A stretch of 63,247 nucleotides of DNA, counting the filler, from Saprolegnia diclina VS20 (lineage: Eukaryota), in NCBI RefSeq assembly GCF_000281045.1. It is 3 parts of 2 records of this genome, joined end to end, with 100 filler letters (N's around TTAATTAATTAA, not from the genome) between each part and the next. Parts side by side here need not be neighbours in the genome. Positions count along the whole stretch, not along the records: positions 1 to 26,243 come from NW_008246094.1; positions 26,344 to 46,399 come from NW_008246094.1; 1 more part is not named here. One strand, 5' to 3'. A model generated the notes under the pieces. The model was not told the origin of the DNA. It did not search any database and worked only from the letters and a program-made list of their open reading frames with translations. Positions 24,645-37,218 of the stretch are shown in pieces (positions within the stretch are counted from its first letter, which is position 1; each line of letters begins with the position of its first letter). Both the position numbers and the translations under genes were made by a program.

Positions 24645-25169
24645 ATGAGCGCACCGGCTGCGTCCGGATACGAAAGCGACGTCGTCGACATGCTCCCGAC
24701 CAGCACGCTCTTGGCGACGATGCAGCGCCGCCCGGCGCCCGTGACGTTTGAAAAGGAGACGGACGCGGCGCTGACTGTGCCGCCGCAGACAAGCGGCGTC
24801 TTTGCGTCCAATATCGTGCGCTGCTCGCTGAAGATGGACACCAAGGTCACGCAAGTCACGGTGACAGCATCGTCCGAGATCGACATTGCCTTTGTGTCGG
24901 TCATCTCGAGCCTCGAGCTCGTGCGCTGCCATGGCGTCCGCGCGGCGTTCACCGGCACGTGCCGCACGATCGTCGTGGACGCGTGCGACAATGTGATGCT
25001 GGTCGTGCCCGCGGAGTCGACCGTGCGTGTCGTGAGCAGCGCCAGCACGCGTGTCCGTATTGTCACCAGCGCCACCCAAGACGCGTATTGCGTGCCCGAC
25101 CTCGACCTCCAAACGGTGACGACCTGGACCGGCAGCGCGTTCGAGTCGCAGTCGCTCGACCGAACGTAG
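24645..25169 (+). CDS. Stand-alone CAP C-terminal (CARP beta-helix)-like protein
   Basis: Repeating beta-helix pattern KVTQVTV..ISSLELVRC..TIVVDACDNV..VVSSAS and a QTVTTW tail resembling CAP-C. Confidence 0.6.
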   Translation: MSAPAASGYESDVVDMLPTSTLLATMQRRPAPVTFEKETDAALTVPPQTSGVFASNIVRCSLKMDTKVTQVTVTASSEIDIAFVSVISSLELVRCHGVRAAFTGTCRTIVVDACDNVMLVVPAESTVRVVSSASTRVRIVTSATQDAYCVPDLDLQTVTTWTGSAFESQSLDRT

Positions 25170-25349
25170 TGCAAAATGCACTTTGCTTGCCTGTGGCGTA
25201 GCGTGTGTTGATATTTTGCCAAGTTACCCTATGGATATTGCCTCCTGGCAGCATAGAAGAAGCTTGCGCCTTTAGCATACTGAAAAGGAGTTCTACTGAG
25301 TTTCTCCACAGGCCAATATCAATATACACTCATTTGTCGGTCATACCAC

Positions 25350-26243
25350 TCGACCATCAACTGGCAGCTCGAGACCTGCATCGCGCCGTATGGCCGACCC
25401 GACTACCCGGACTTTTTGTACTACCATCCGTGCCAATCAACGCAGCTGATTGACCTCGCCGAAGTGTCGCCGCTCTGGCGTGACATCTGGTCGCATTGGC
25501 ACAAGCTCCCGTGGACGCTCAAGTCCTACACGGCCCCGACGGCGCTGCAACATCTGGCCGACCTGGTTGACACCCCGATCTGGCTCCAAGTGCTCCCGAC
25601 GTTTCATGTGACTCGCCCGGTGACCCAAGAGATGTGCCTCGCCGTGAAGCTCGGGTACCACCGCCCGTTCTACGCCGCGGTTGCTGCCTCAGACCTCCGC
25701 ACGCTGCGCTCGTTCATGTCCGCCAGCGGCGAGTGGCCGACACTCCCGCAATTTACGGCGTTGGTGAACGGCCGCGTCGCAGGTTCCGACGCGCCCCGAC
25801 CCGTGTCGCTCGCCGTGCTCTACAAGGACATCACGCACATTTGGCAAGCCGCGTGCCTCGCCTCGGGCGCCACCGGGGGTGCGTTCCCAGCACTGCCGCT
25901 CGGCACGCGCACGCCGTTCATGCTCCTTCCGTTCTCGGACGCCCGGGTTCCTATCGAGACGGCGCCCCACGCTATTGTACGCTCAACCGCGTCGACTAGC
26001 CCCGTGGTCACGGAGGTGCAAAACCACCCTTGGGTCTCGACGCTGCGCCCATCACTCTACGCGATCCAGGCCTCCCAAGTGGGGTTCATGGAGTCGTACA
26101 AGTTCGCCGCGCCGGTGTACAGCGACCTTTGGCGCCGCATGCTCTTCAAGATGCTACCGCTCAACTACAAGTTCGTCTTCAAGCAGGACACCGACGCCCA
26201 CGCCCTCGACTGCACGCGTGCCGACTGCGTCGCCGTCGAAACC
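25350..26243 (+). mobile_element. 5'-truncated non-LTR (L1/Tx1-like LINE) ORF2 fragment, post-RT region running into the gap
   Basis: Trp/Pro-rich frame (DFLYYHP, PLWRDIW, TPIW) ending PVYSDLWRRMLFKMLPL..C..C...ET, which resembles the start of a zf-RVT zinc knuckle; no RT motifs upstream; start boundary approximate. Confidence 0.7.
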
Positions 26244-26343
26244 NNNNNNNNNNNNNNNNNNNNNNNNNNNNNNNNNNNNNNNNNNNNTTAATTAATTAAN
26301 NNNNNNNNNNNNNNNNNNNNNNNNNNNNNNNNNNNNNNNNNNN
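26244..26343. other. Assembly gap with artificial six-frame stop linker
   Basis: N44-TTAATTAATTAA-N44. Confidence 0.99.
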
Positions 26344-26596
26344 CAGCGCCGGCGCGGTCCACTGGACGACCCAGCCCATGTACTCGGCGCCTGTCGCGCC
26401 GACGCTTGTGGCCTTGTCCGCGCTCCCGACCTTCCAGGAGCTCGATGTCTTGACCAAGTGGACACCGTCCGAGTTTTCTCAGTCGACCGAGTATTTCCTC
26501 CACAGCCCGCTGAGCCCGCGCAACAGCAAGAAGACCAAAATGACGTACGACGACCGCCCCAAGGTGGCCAACTTTACGTGCCTCGACGACTTTTGA
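26344..26596 (+). CDS. 3' end of an unidentified gene truncated by the gap
   Basis: GC3-rich codons ending ..RPKVANFTCLDDF-stop, followed by an AT-rich UTR-like tract. Confidence 0.55.
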
Positions 26597-27414
26597 ACGA
26601 TTGCGGTGCTTTGCCTCTCATCATTTATTCCCATCATATTAAAACTAAAACAATTTATTTCCTCTGATCCAAGACTGGTGACGCTGCTCAATAAAAGCAA
26701 CGAACGGTTACGATCTTTGCACTTGTATTTCCACACGCAAACATATTTGCCTCCTCCGGGTGTGTTGGCGGCATCGATCGTCGCGGGGTTGTTCCCCGTT
26801 CTGACCCGAGAACATGAATAGGGGCAGGTGGTACAGTATCTTCTCCTCAGCGTCGGTGGGACGTGCAAGGGACACCCAGATGGAACCCAGGCACGAAGCA
26901 TCACCACGCAACCCTCAAGGTTCACCTCGTAGCAACTGGACATTCGCCACCCACGTCCCAGCACGGTTGCCGATTATACTGCTGCCTTTCTTGCTTCTGC
27001 TTCTTAGAGCCAGGGACGTGCACCGACTTCTGCTGTCGACTCTCTCGCTTCAACTTCCTGCACCACCAGCCATCCTGCGCGTTTCGAGGACGCTACGCAT
27101 CTCGGCACCGCGCCCGCCTGCGCACTTTGCTATGTGAGGTCGTCTGCCTATAGAGCGATGAAAGATTGGCGGGCAATCGCGAGCTCTCGACGACTTTGCC
27201 CTTTGAAGCGCGCGCTGTCAAGTTGAAGTTGCTTTCGCGGCCCGGCTACCGCACTTTAGCGGGCTGAGGACGCCACCCGCGCGGGTTCCGCGAAAATTCT
27301 GATAAGTGCGCATGTTCTTTGCGCACTTAGTGTAACGTAGGCTTCTGATTGGTGGACGCGTTTTTAGGTGTTTCGGGATTTTGCATTTCGCCAAGGTGGC
27401 AGCGCTTACTGGCC

Positions 27415-28680
27415 ATGGGGAAGCGGTCGCCGAGTCTGGACGCCGATGGCGTCGACCCGATCGAGACGAGCCCAACGCGACGCACGCGCTCGCGCTGTGG
27501 CACGTACACGCATGCCAGCGACGACGGCGATGATGACGAAGAGCAGACGTCGTCATCATCCTCGACGTCGTCGGTCACTGGCCGCAGCAGTCGCCGGCGC
27601 CGCATGCGCGCCATGCGCGTCGAAGGCCACGATGGCCGACCCAACCAGCTGCTCGTGTCCATGGCGCCGAACGCTACGTCCAACGTCGTGTACTTTCCGG
27701 GCGATGTGCAGGATTTCGAGCACCGCCTGCGCAAGAGTCGCTTCAAAGCGTGGACGGCCTACTCGTACGAAGCGACCGCGCTCTCGCTCGCCGCCAAGTT
27801 CCCGGACGCGACGATCTGGATCGTGCAACCGGCGACGATCTTACCGAGCGGCGTGAGCTGCTACGAGCACTTTCTCCTGCCCGAGGACCATGCTGATCCG
27901 ATCGCATGTACGCTCCTGTTGCTACACTGAAGGCGCTCATCCGGGTGAACTGCAGATGTCCCCCACGGTCATGCGATGCGGCATCTCCAGCGCCTCATGC
28001 AGAACGCATCCGAGTGCATCGACAGTAGGCACGACGACGTTTCCATCTCTACTAACGACGAGCGCGTAGACGCTGCCTACTTGCGGCCCGACCTGCCACT
28101 GCACCTCGTTGGCTTTAGCCGTGGCGTCGTTGTGCTCAACCAAATGATCACCGAGCTGGCCGCGATGCCGCCCGTCACACAGGGCGCCTATGACGCGCCG
28201 GCCGTGCGCCATTGGTTCCAGCAGGTGTGGTCCCTTGTGTTGCTTGGTCGTTCACGCTTTGCGCAGGTGGTTTCGATCCACTGGGTAGATGGCGGCAACG
28301 GCAGCAGCGCCGGGGCCCTCCCATCACACTCTCTCGCGCTCTCAGTACTGAGCGACTTTCCGTACGCCTGCGCATGGAGTCGGCTCCGCTAACGACCGTG
28401 TAGGACGCTTGGCCTGCATGTTCATTGGACGCCGTACCAGCTCGCTTCCCGTCAGCGTCCGTGGATCGCCCACGAAAATGTTGCGTTTTGCAAGACCATG
28501 GAGGGCCTCGGGTGTCCGCCTCGCGTGCTTGAGTAGGCGTGCGGTCGTCCTTCGTGCATGGCTCACAGTCAACGATTCATTAGGTACTTTAGCCACAAGC
28601 CAGGCTCGCTCGAAGATCATTTCGGGGTCCTCGATGCTCTCCAGATACAGTCGACCGTCGCCGACGACGACGTGCCATGA
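27415..28680 (+). CDS. C2orf69/UPF0565-like alpha/beta-hydrolase-fold protein (multi-exon)
   Basis: VVYFPGDVQDF, LVGFSRGVVVLNQ, HWVDGG, HVHWTPYQ, SLEDHFGVL. Confidence 0.85.
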
Positions 28681-28711
28681 CCACAGCATGTATTTATGTT
28701 TGACCTGGCGT

Positions 28712-31141
28712 TTACTGCACGACGCAGTCCTCTTTCCGGCCGCCGGGGTTCTTGGCCGCTGCTTGCAAATTCATGCGGCGCTTGGCCTCGAGCCGCTCCT
28801 GAAGCGCGCTCAACACGGCTTGGCGCTCGTTCAAGTCGAGTTGCAGCGCCTTTAATTCGCCTATTCAGTACACAAAATATGTTTCAACCTGCCTCTCAAT
28901 AGCGATGCCAAGTGTCGATACCTTCGTGCTTGGCCTTGACCGACCGAATCTCGGTGATCGTGCGCGTCTTGAGCTCCTGCGCCTGGTCTTCGCACTCGTG
29001 CCGGAGCGTCAAGAGCTTCTCGTTGACCGCCTGCTCGGCCTTGAACGTCGCCAGCATCTGCTCGGCCTGCTGGTCGCCCAGCTCTCGCTCGAGTGCAATC
29101 GTTTTATGTAGCAGCTCCTGGTGCGCGGCGAGGAGCGTCGCCTCCTTGGCGTTCTTCATCCGCTCTTGCTCCAGTCGCTGGTTGGTCGAGTCGGCGAGCA
29201 GCGACAACTGCTCCTTCCGCGCCGCCTCGAGCGCGTCGTCCGCGTCCGCGCAGTCGGCCTTGGCGCGCGCGAGCTCGTCGAGAAGCCGGTCGTGGGCCTC
29301 GGCGTGAAGGGCGCCGATGCGCTCGATCTGCATCGCTGTGCGCGCAATCTCGGCCGACTTGTGGTCGATTTCAGCCGTCAGCGCCATTTTTTCGTCCGCC
29401 ATGCGCTCGGAAATGCCAAAGAGTGCGCGTTCGAACGTCTCGCGTTGCTGCGCGAGCATGTCCTGCGCGGCCTGCGCCTTGCTTTCGAGCATCGAGACCT
29501 TTTGCTTGATACTGCCCAGTGCTTTCTACGAGCAGCCCCGTATTAGTATCATTTTCACACAAATAATGTTGTCCAATTTTGAATTTTGGTTCTGTGTACC
29601 TGGGCCGCCGTGTCCTTGGCGCGGAATAGCATCGTCACCGCCGTGCCCCACTCGACAATACTGTCCATAGCCTAGTCCACAATATAAAGTTATACAAAGC
29701 GCTCGATTGCGACAGGTCATACCTTGTCGGCGAGGAAGCCCGTGAGCACGTACGCGTGCAGCGGCAGCTCGGACGTCGCGTGGTCGTACGCCTCGACGAG
29801 ACCGGCCATCGCAATCTTGTAGTTCTTGAGCGTCTCGTGCAGCATGGCCACGGGGCTCTCGCGGTCCATCGTCGCTTGCGCCTTGGCCGAAATCGGCGCA
29901 TAGAGCTCGTCGAGCAGCCGCGTCTGGTGGGCTGTCGCGCGCTTCACATTGGCCTCCAGCGCGACGACCAGCTGCGCTTGGAGCCAGTCGCCGAGCGTGT
30001 GCAAGACGGTCGCGAACGCGTCGCCCGCAAAGTCCTGCGCCTTGAGCACTGTCTGCGCGGCTTCCTGCGCGACTTGAAACGTTGATACAAGCGTCGCTTC
30101 GGGCACCGCGTCCGTGGGCGGAGCAAACGCTGATGTGAAGGCGGCTTTGGCGGCGTCGAGCGCCTGCTCGCTCTGCGCGGCGACGACGCGGTCCCACGCG
30201 CTCGAGATGACGGGCGTCGCGCCGCTGTTGAACGCATCGACGTAGTTGCGCGCAAGCGTCACGAGCATCGCGCCGGAGAGCGCTTTGGCCATGAGCTTCT
30301 TGGGCTTGAGCGTCGAAAACACCTTCTTGTGGAGCGTCGTCAGCTGGGATTGGAACTCGGGACGGAGCGAGTCGAGCGGCTGCTTGGGCAACTCGCGCAG
30401 GAGCGACTCGTCGTTGAGCGGACGCACCATCGTGAGGCAGTCGCGGTCCGGGAAGAACGCGGCGAGGAGCGCACGGACTTGATTCTTGTGCTGCGCGTCG
30501 TCGCTACTGCCGGGCTGCGGTTTGAGCGCCTTCTCGAGGTAGTCGCGCGGCGTGATCGCGCGGCCTTCCTCTTCGAGCTGCAGCGTAAAGTCGCGCACGA
30601 CCCAGAGAAAGGACGGGAAAAAGTCGGCGAGCGACATGGAGTTGTCGGTGCCGCCCGCGCTCACTTGGATGTACTTGGTCAAGTTGACGACAAGCGAGAG
30701 GTCTTCGATCGCGTTGGCGTCAATGACACCGCGGCTGTTGTAGATGAAGAAGGACGAGAGGAGGAGCGCCAGCGCAAAGATGCGCGTGTCCTGTGTCTGG
30801 CTGCGCTGGCTCGAGCCCAAGCCTTCCGTGTCCATGAAGATGATCGTCTTGGGCCGCGAAGACGACGACGATGTGGCAGCGTCCATGGGCTGGCCCCAGA
30901 TCCAAATGCCCTTGGTCATCGCGTTGACCGTGCCGCCGACGCCAAACATCGTGTGTTCGGTCGTGCGCCCGAGAAGCTGGTTGAGAAGGTACGACTTGCC
31001 CGTCCGGTAGAGGCCTGCAATCGCGACGATCGAGATCTCTCCTTCGAGAGAGCTCAAGTACGTCGCCGCCTCGGGCGAGATCTCGAACGTCTCGTCGTCA
31101 TTGAGCGTAATGAACGGCAGCGGTTCCGAGAGGCCGGCCAT
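28712..31141 (-). CDS. Guanylate-binding protein (GBP) family large GTPase with coiled-coil tail and CaaX end (4 exons)
   Basis: GLYRTGKS P-loop, TKGIW, DTEG, FLWVVRDF; last exon reads ..PGGRKEDCVVQ-stop. Confidence 0.92.
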
Positions 31142-31671
31142 GCTCGTCGTCGTCTTCCTGGTGGCGTACGCGGCCAGTCAGCTGTGCCAGATGCCGGATA
31201 CGAGCCGCATGCCTCGGATTGTAATTGAATTGACGGTATGTTTGTATTCCATTTAATAAATGACAAAGGGATAATGGGCCAATGGCCTTGGCGAATGGGG
31301 CAGCGCGGCCTCGGATTGGCCGAAAGGCGATGAGCGGGTTGCGTGTATCCGGAAGACTGCCTGCCCCGATAGGATATACACACCCAACCAAACGAAGGCC
31401 TGCAAGCGCGCCACGTACAGCAAGGCGAAGGACACTCCCTTGCTAGGTCTACCCCTGGGTCTGCCCGCTAGGGGAGCTACAGGAGGCAAGTCATGTGGCT
31501 GTATGCCAGTACGCGTATGTGCATGCTTGACATGGACATCTATCTATCTACCTGGCTCGTACACTGCCGCAGCGCATTTCATTGAGCTCATCACTCATCA
31601 CCACACGGTTGCTTTTGCTCTCTGCATGGCAGGTCTACTGAGGCTGAACGAGGTGCGAGGTGAAACCCTTA

Positions 31672-31884
31672 CATGAGAGATTCTTAAGCGAGGATTTCCT
31701 GGTGGGTAGGGGTCACTGCGGCACAGCTTTAACGGCTGAGGCGCGGCTCGAGCCGAAAAGTGATCCGCTGAGGCTGCATTGTCGAGCCGGCTCCGGACCG
31801 GCTTCAAGCCGAGCCGAGTGGAGCCGGCTACGCCGTTCAAGCCGCGGCTCCGTATCAGCCAGTACAAACGCGGATTCTCACATG
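31672..31884. repeat. Degenerate nested inverted-repeat (foldback/MITE-like) segment
   Basis: AGCCGGCTCC (31785-31794) vs GGAGCCGGCT (31820-31829); GGCTGA/TCAGCC; imperfect 13-bp outer arms. Confidence 0.4.
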
Positions 31885-32064
31885 AGCTGTGGGCATGGCT
31901 CAGCCGACGTGTTGCGCTGGCAGTGACTGAGAAGGGATGTACATCAGCTGCCGTAGCGTGATCCGGGTCGTCCGTCGCGAGATACTTGGATGTACTTGCT
32001 TGGTCTGGAAGGGCAGTTGGGTGTTTTTAGTTTTGGATTCGGCGCGGTTGCGACACGGGGCCAG

Positions 32065-34322
32065 ATGGACGCCACCGAGGAAGCCTCGCCCATTGGCACG
32101 ATGGGCAAAGCCGAGACGACGACGACGAGCACGCAGGTGCCATGGGCGTACCTGCGCAAGGGCGAATGGACCATCTTGGCCGAAGCCGACTGCGGTGCGG
32201 CGCCCACCAGCTACTTGCGCTCACCACACGTCGTGCGTAGCGGCGCTCGAGGCGAGCAAGGACTACGCGCCCGTGGTCGTCGACAACGGTCGCCTCGAGG
32301 TGTCCGTGCCCGACCGCACGCTGCGCGCGCTTTACTGGGACGAGCCGCCGTGCCCTGTCGTGCGCTCGTACGTCACCTCTGCATGTGCTCGTGTCGACTT
32401 GCAATTTTGCAGGGATTGGATTTTTGAGGCGACGAACGGCAAGTACCTTCCGCTGCCCGAAGCCGAGGCCATGGAGATCAACAACTTGTGGGCGACGCTT
32501 CCCACATCGGTAGGCGCTTCGAACCCCGTGCCACCTGCGTTAGATCGTTCTGCTGAGTAGGAGACGCACACGTTTTCCCTGTCGGTCGTCGACCACATGG
32601 GCGGAGTCGCGACCAAGACGGGCAGCACCAAGGCGATCGCTGCCACCAAGCTCAACGAGCTCTTCGCCAAGTGCTCGCCGACAGGTCAGTTTCGCTGCAA
32701 GGCGCTGCACCACGGCTTCCACGCGTGGCCGCGGCTTCGCTCGCACGTCGAGCACCTCGTCTTCGTGGTCCATGGCATTGGCGAGACGTACTGCAAGAAG
32801 CGACTGGCGCACGGCACGATCATTGACCAGTCGCTCGTGCTGCGCCAGAGCTCCGAGTCGCTCCTAAGCTCACACTTTCCAGCCTCGGATAACCGCAGCG
32901 TCGAGTACCTCCCAGTCGACTGGTCGGATGTGCTTGGCGATATGGTACGCCCATTTCAAATCTGGAATCTGGAATCTGACATTTGGATTCTAAAATCTGA
33001 CATCTGAAATCTGAAATCTGACATCTGAATGCCGTAGGGAGACGATGTGCACGCGCTCTTGAATCGCATTGCGCTCGACTCGATGCCGTTTGTGCGTCAG
33101 CTCACAAACGAGCTCCTCTCCGACATCCTCCTCTACATGGTACTCGTCGAGTATTATGGACATGATATGTCCATTCTACTCCACGGTATCAACCGCTGTT
33201 GACGTAGGCGCGTCAAGCCAGTGTGCTCTCGTTCGTCACCAAGTACATGAACGCCCGCTACACGTACGCAAATACTACTCGAGAGCACGTTCCGGAAACA
33301 TGCGCTGACCGGTGCTCTGTAGTCTCTACAAGCAAAACCACCCCGAGTTCTCTGGCCACGTCTCCATCATGGGTCACTCGCTTGGCAGCATCATCACCTA
33401 CGACGTATGACGTGCCTCACTCCTCCTCTTGTCGTATGCAACGATGGTGCGTAGCTGCTCGCCAAGCAAGGCGAGAGCTGTGATCCCGACTTGTACAACA
33501 ATACCAACTAGCACCCGCTTCGAGCCTCGCTGTCACGATCATTTTTGTGTAGCGCGCTGGCGTTTTCACCGCACGCCTTTTTCGCGTTTGGGTCGCCGAT
33601 CGGGCTCTTCCTCACGCTGCGCGGCAACGTGCACGGCATGGACCTCGCGCTCCCGACGTGCGAGCGCATGTACAACGTCTTCCATGTACGACGACCGACT
33701 TCTGCTTCAGTGTTCAGAACGCGACGTAGCCGGCGGACCCCGTCGCGTACCGCCTGGAGCCGCTCATCCACAAGGACGCGGCGATCGCGGCGCCCGTGCG
33801 CATCAACACGGCGTCGGGCTGGCGCCGCATCCACCACGTACGACGACCATGGCGTTGCGGTGCCTCAGCTCGTATGCTATTAGGTCGTGCAAGACATGGC
33901 CGACTCGTTCGAGTCAAGCCAGAAGAAGTTTGCGCAGACGATGGAGCAGACGTTCAAGGCCTTTCTGCCGAAAGACGCCTCGCCGGCCATCGGTACCTTA
34001 GTGTCCCTGGGGAAGAAGGAAGGTAACCAGGGCGAGGTAGAGCCGAGCGCGGCGGTCGACGCAACGGCCGACGCCAACGCGCTGCAAAAGGCCGTCTTGG
34101 CGCGTCTTAACCCCAAGACTTTGCGCCTGGACTACGTTCTGCCTGTATATGTGGAGCCTACAGTCGATGGGTCATGACGATATTGCGTAGGAGTCGGAGA
34201 TTGAAGCGCTGACGCCGCTTGCCGCGCTCACGGCCCACACGGGGTACTGGTCGACGACCGAGTTTGTCCTGTTTCTTCTCACGCAGCTGCTCGGCGACCC
34301 CGTCGATGCTTCGCAACAGTAG
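32065..34322 (+). CDS. DDHD-domain intracellular phospholipase A1 (SEC23IP/DDHD2-like), copy 1
   Basis: WWE-like N-terminus (ALYWDE), HLVFVVHGIG, GHSLG, FGSPIGLFL, NVFHPADPVAYRLEP, RLDYVL, AHTGYW. Confidence 0.9.
32953..33029. repeat. Intronic heptamer tandem repeat, 11 imperfect units (ATCTG[GA][AC])
   Basis: atttcaa atctgga atctgga atctgac atttgga ttctaaa atctgac atctgaa atctgaa atctgac atctgaa. Confidence 0.9.
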
Positions 34323-34937
34323 TCGTCTCAGTCTTCCAGTGCGAATAAGCTTACGAAGAGAGGCATTTGCGCAGCACGCGCAGTGATGTGCGATGTAGTA
34401 CTAGGCAGGGATACTGATGATTCCAACGTTCGTTGGAGAGGAGTCTCGGGCGTTGCGCAAGGACGTGAGCATGTGCGAGGACCAGGAGTAGCCTCAGCGC
34501 CGAGCATCTCGATGAATACAGTCGCGGCTGCCATGATCTATCGGTAGAGGCATGAGGGTGAAGCGTCGGTGGATCAATAACATGTCCAAGATGGACACTC
34601 GGCAGACTGACAGTTACGAAACGGCTTCGCAAAATGGATGGCTGGGATCGTCTCGAGGCGCCGGTGATGGCACCGCGCCCTTGGCCGCGTCGCACGGGCC
34701 GTTCTAGTCCTAGTAGCTTCTGCCCCGTAGCTTCTCACGTTGTACCTGCGTCGCAGCCGATTACGTTGACGAATGGTTTCGTTAGGTGCGTGATGACGGT
34801 CTTAGCGTCTTCGTCATCCAAATAAAAAGACGTCGCATAGAGACAAAAGGTACAATTTGAAAAATCAAAATAAATAGTGCGCGATGCCGTGGCTGCAGCG
34901 CAAGGTCCCAGAAGCCAAGAACACCGGCAGGTGCAAG

Positions 34938-37218
34938 ATGACGGAGACGACGAGCGCACCGGTCGTGCCATGGGCGTACATGTCGCCGGACGGCGAGTGG
35001 ACCATCTTTCCCAAGGAAGACTGCGGTACATACACCTCATCCTCCCATCCGCCGTAGCATAGCATCATAGCATGATCCTGCGTAGACAAGCTCGAGCATG
35101 CCATGGACGGCAACCCCGTTGTCGTCAACGACGGCCACTTCCAAGTCGACGTCAAGAACCGCGTCATGACGCAGCTCTACTGGGAAGATGATGCGGTGCC
35201 CGTCATGCGCTGGTGCCACGTCGCCGCGATCTGAATCGGTTTCTTATGCCATCATCGTAGCAATTGGCTCTTTGAGACGCGCAAGGGCAAGTTCTTGCCG
35301 ATTCCCGAGCCCGAGGCGAATGCGATCTCGGCGCTGTGGTCGGCGCTATCGCCCGAGGTACCGCGACCCATGGGATACTCCAACGTTTTCAATGGGACAC
35401 TTAGGGCGAACACCATTTCTGCGAGACGATCCAGGACCACATTACGGGCCGATCGACGGTGCTGAGCTCGGCCAAGCCAGTTGACGACGTGCATGATTTG
35501 CTCAACAAGTCATTCTCGCAGTGCACACCGCGCCAGAAGCACCGCCACTGCAACGCGATCCACCACGGGTTTGACCGCTGGGCCGACGTTGCGGTTCACC
35601 GCAACATTCAACACTTGGTCTTTGTCGTCCACGGCATTGGTGCCACGTACGTTTGCATGGTCCCATGCAAATATATATTCGATTGTGGCTAGGTACGACA
35701 AGCGCAAGCACGGCAAGGGCGACATTTACGGTCAAGTGGTCGAGCTCCAAGCCAACTCGGAGGAGCTCATCGCCAAGTACTTGGAGACGCCGGGCGACGC
35801 CGACTCGATCTTGTTCATTCCCGTGGACTGGTCGACGGTGTTTGAAGAAATGGTAGACGCGCTTTGTGACATTCTCAATTGTTAGATTTTGTGAATGCGT
35901 AGGGCGACAACCTCCACGCGACGTTTGACCGCATGGCGCTCGACTCGATTCCCAACATTCGTGAAATCTCCAACGAACTTCTCTCCGACGTCCCTGTCTA
36001 CATGGTATTAGACAAAGACGACCGTGTTATAGTATCGCAATTGTCTATAACTCACGATGCGTAGGTGCGCCAAACGCAAGTGCTGCGGTTCGTCACCAAA
36101 TACCTCAACGTTCGCTACACGTATGCCGTCTCCTATGGACATCGAAGTCTCTAACGTCGGCGTAGGCGCTACATGGAGACGCACCCGGGTTTTACTGGCG
36201 ACGTGACCGTGCTGGCTCACAGTCTTGGCGGCGTCATCTCATACGATGTACAACTTGTGTATTTGTGTCCAACGCGCGCTCTCACCAAGAATATAATATT
36301 CTAGTTGCTTTCGATGCAAACTGAGACGCTCAACGACCCGGCCTTGTGCGTGCTGCTGGATCGTATCCCGACGCGATATTCATGAGCGTGTACCTCGTAG
36401 AAAGCTCGCGTTTACGCCGACCACGTACATTCAGTTTGGCGCGCCGACGGGCTTCTTCCTTGGCCTCCGCGGCAACATGCAAGGCGACGCCATGGTGCTG
36501 CCGGGCGTCACCAACATGTTCAACGTGTTCCACGTACGACACTAATTCCTTTCGGTTAGTCGGCGCTGCTAACCGTGATTTTGTAGCCGCTCGACCCGGT
36601 TGTAAGTGCCGCACAACCACTCATCGCGGGTTGAGGGCACGAAGCATGATGATGCTGACGTAGGCGTATCGTCTTGAGCCACTCATTGACCTGCAATCGA
36701 CGATCACGCCGCCGTTCCAGGTCGAAGCGGCTGGGGGCAAGAAGCCGCTGCACATGGTAATAAGGCCGTGTGATTCGCGGTGCGTCATGCTTCTGGCGTA
36801 GCGTCTCCAAGACTGGGCCGATAGCATTGGGTCGTCCAACAACAGCAGCACCAAGACGTCGTTGGTGACGTCCAACCAGAGCGAGCCCGACGCCGACCCA
36901 GGTATGGGTTGATGATTGAGGTAACATCATTCGAGCTAAGTTATATTGTAGCGGACACGGCGACTCTCACGGAGCGCGTCGTCGCGCGCATGAACCCCAA
37001 GTTCCAGCGCCTCGACTTTGTCTTGCCGGTAAGCATTTTCGATATGGATATCTCGATGCCGAATAAGCATTTTGTAGGCCTCGACGATGGATGCGTCGCT
37101 CAGCATGGTGGGCGCGGCGAAGGCGCACACGTCGTACTGGGGCAACCTCGACTTTACGTACTTTGTCGTCAGCCAAGTGCTCGGCAAGCCCAACGGCCGC
37201 GATGGCAAGCTGGACTGA
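34938..37218 (+). CDS. DDHD-domain phospholipase A1, tandem copy 2
   Basis: VPWAY..EWTI, HLVFVVHGIG, AHSLG, NVFHPLDPVAYRLEP (via a 15-nt exon), RLDFVL, AHTSYW. Confidence 0.88.

Noticed and set aside
26288..26299. TTAATTAATTAA palindrome (also 46444-46455)
   Set aside because: Centred in identical 100-nt N blocks; an artificial contig spacer, not a piggyBac TTAA site or regulatory element.
26650..27150. Possible second LINE 3' relic
   Set aside because: Only vague similarity (WTFATHV) with frame breaks; not supportable without a search.
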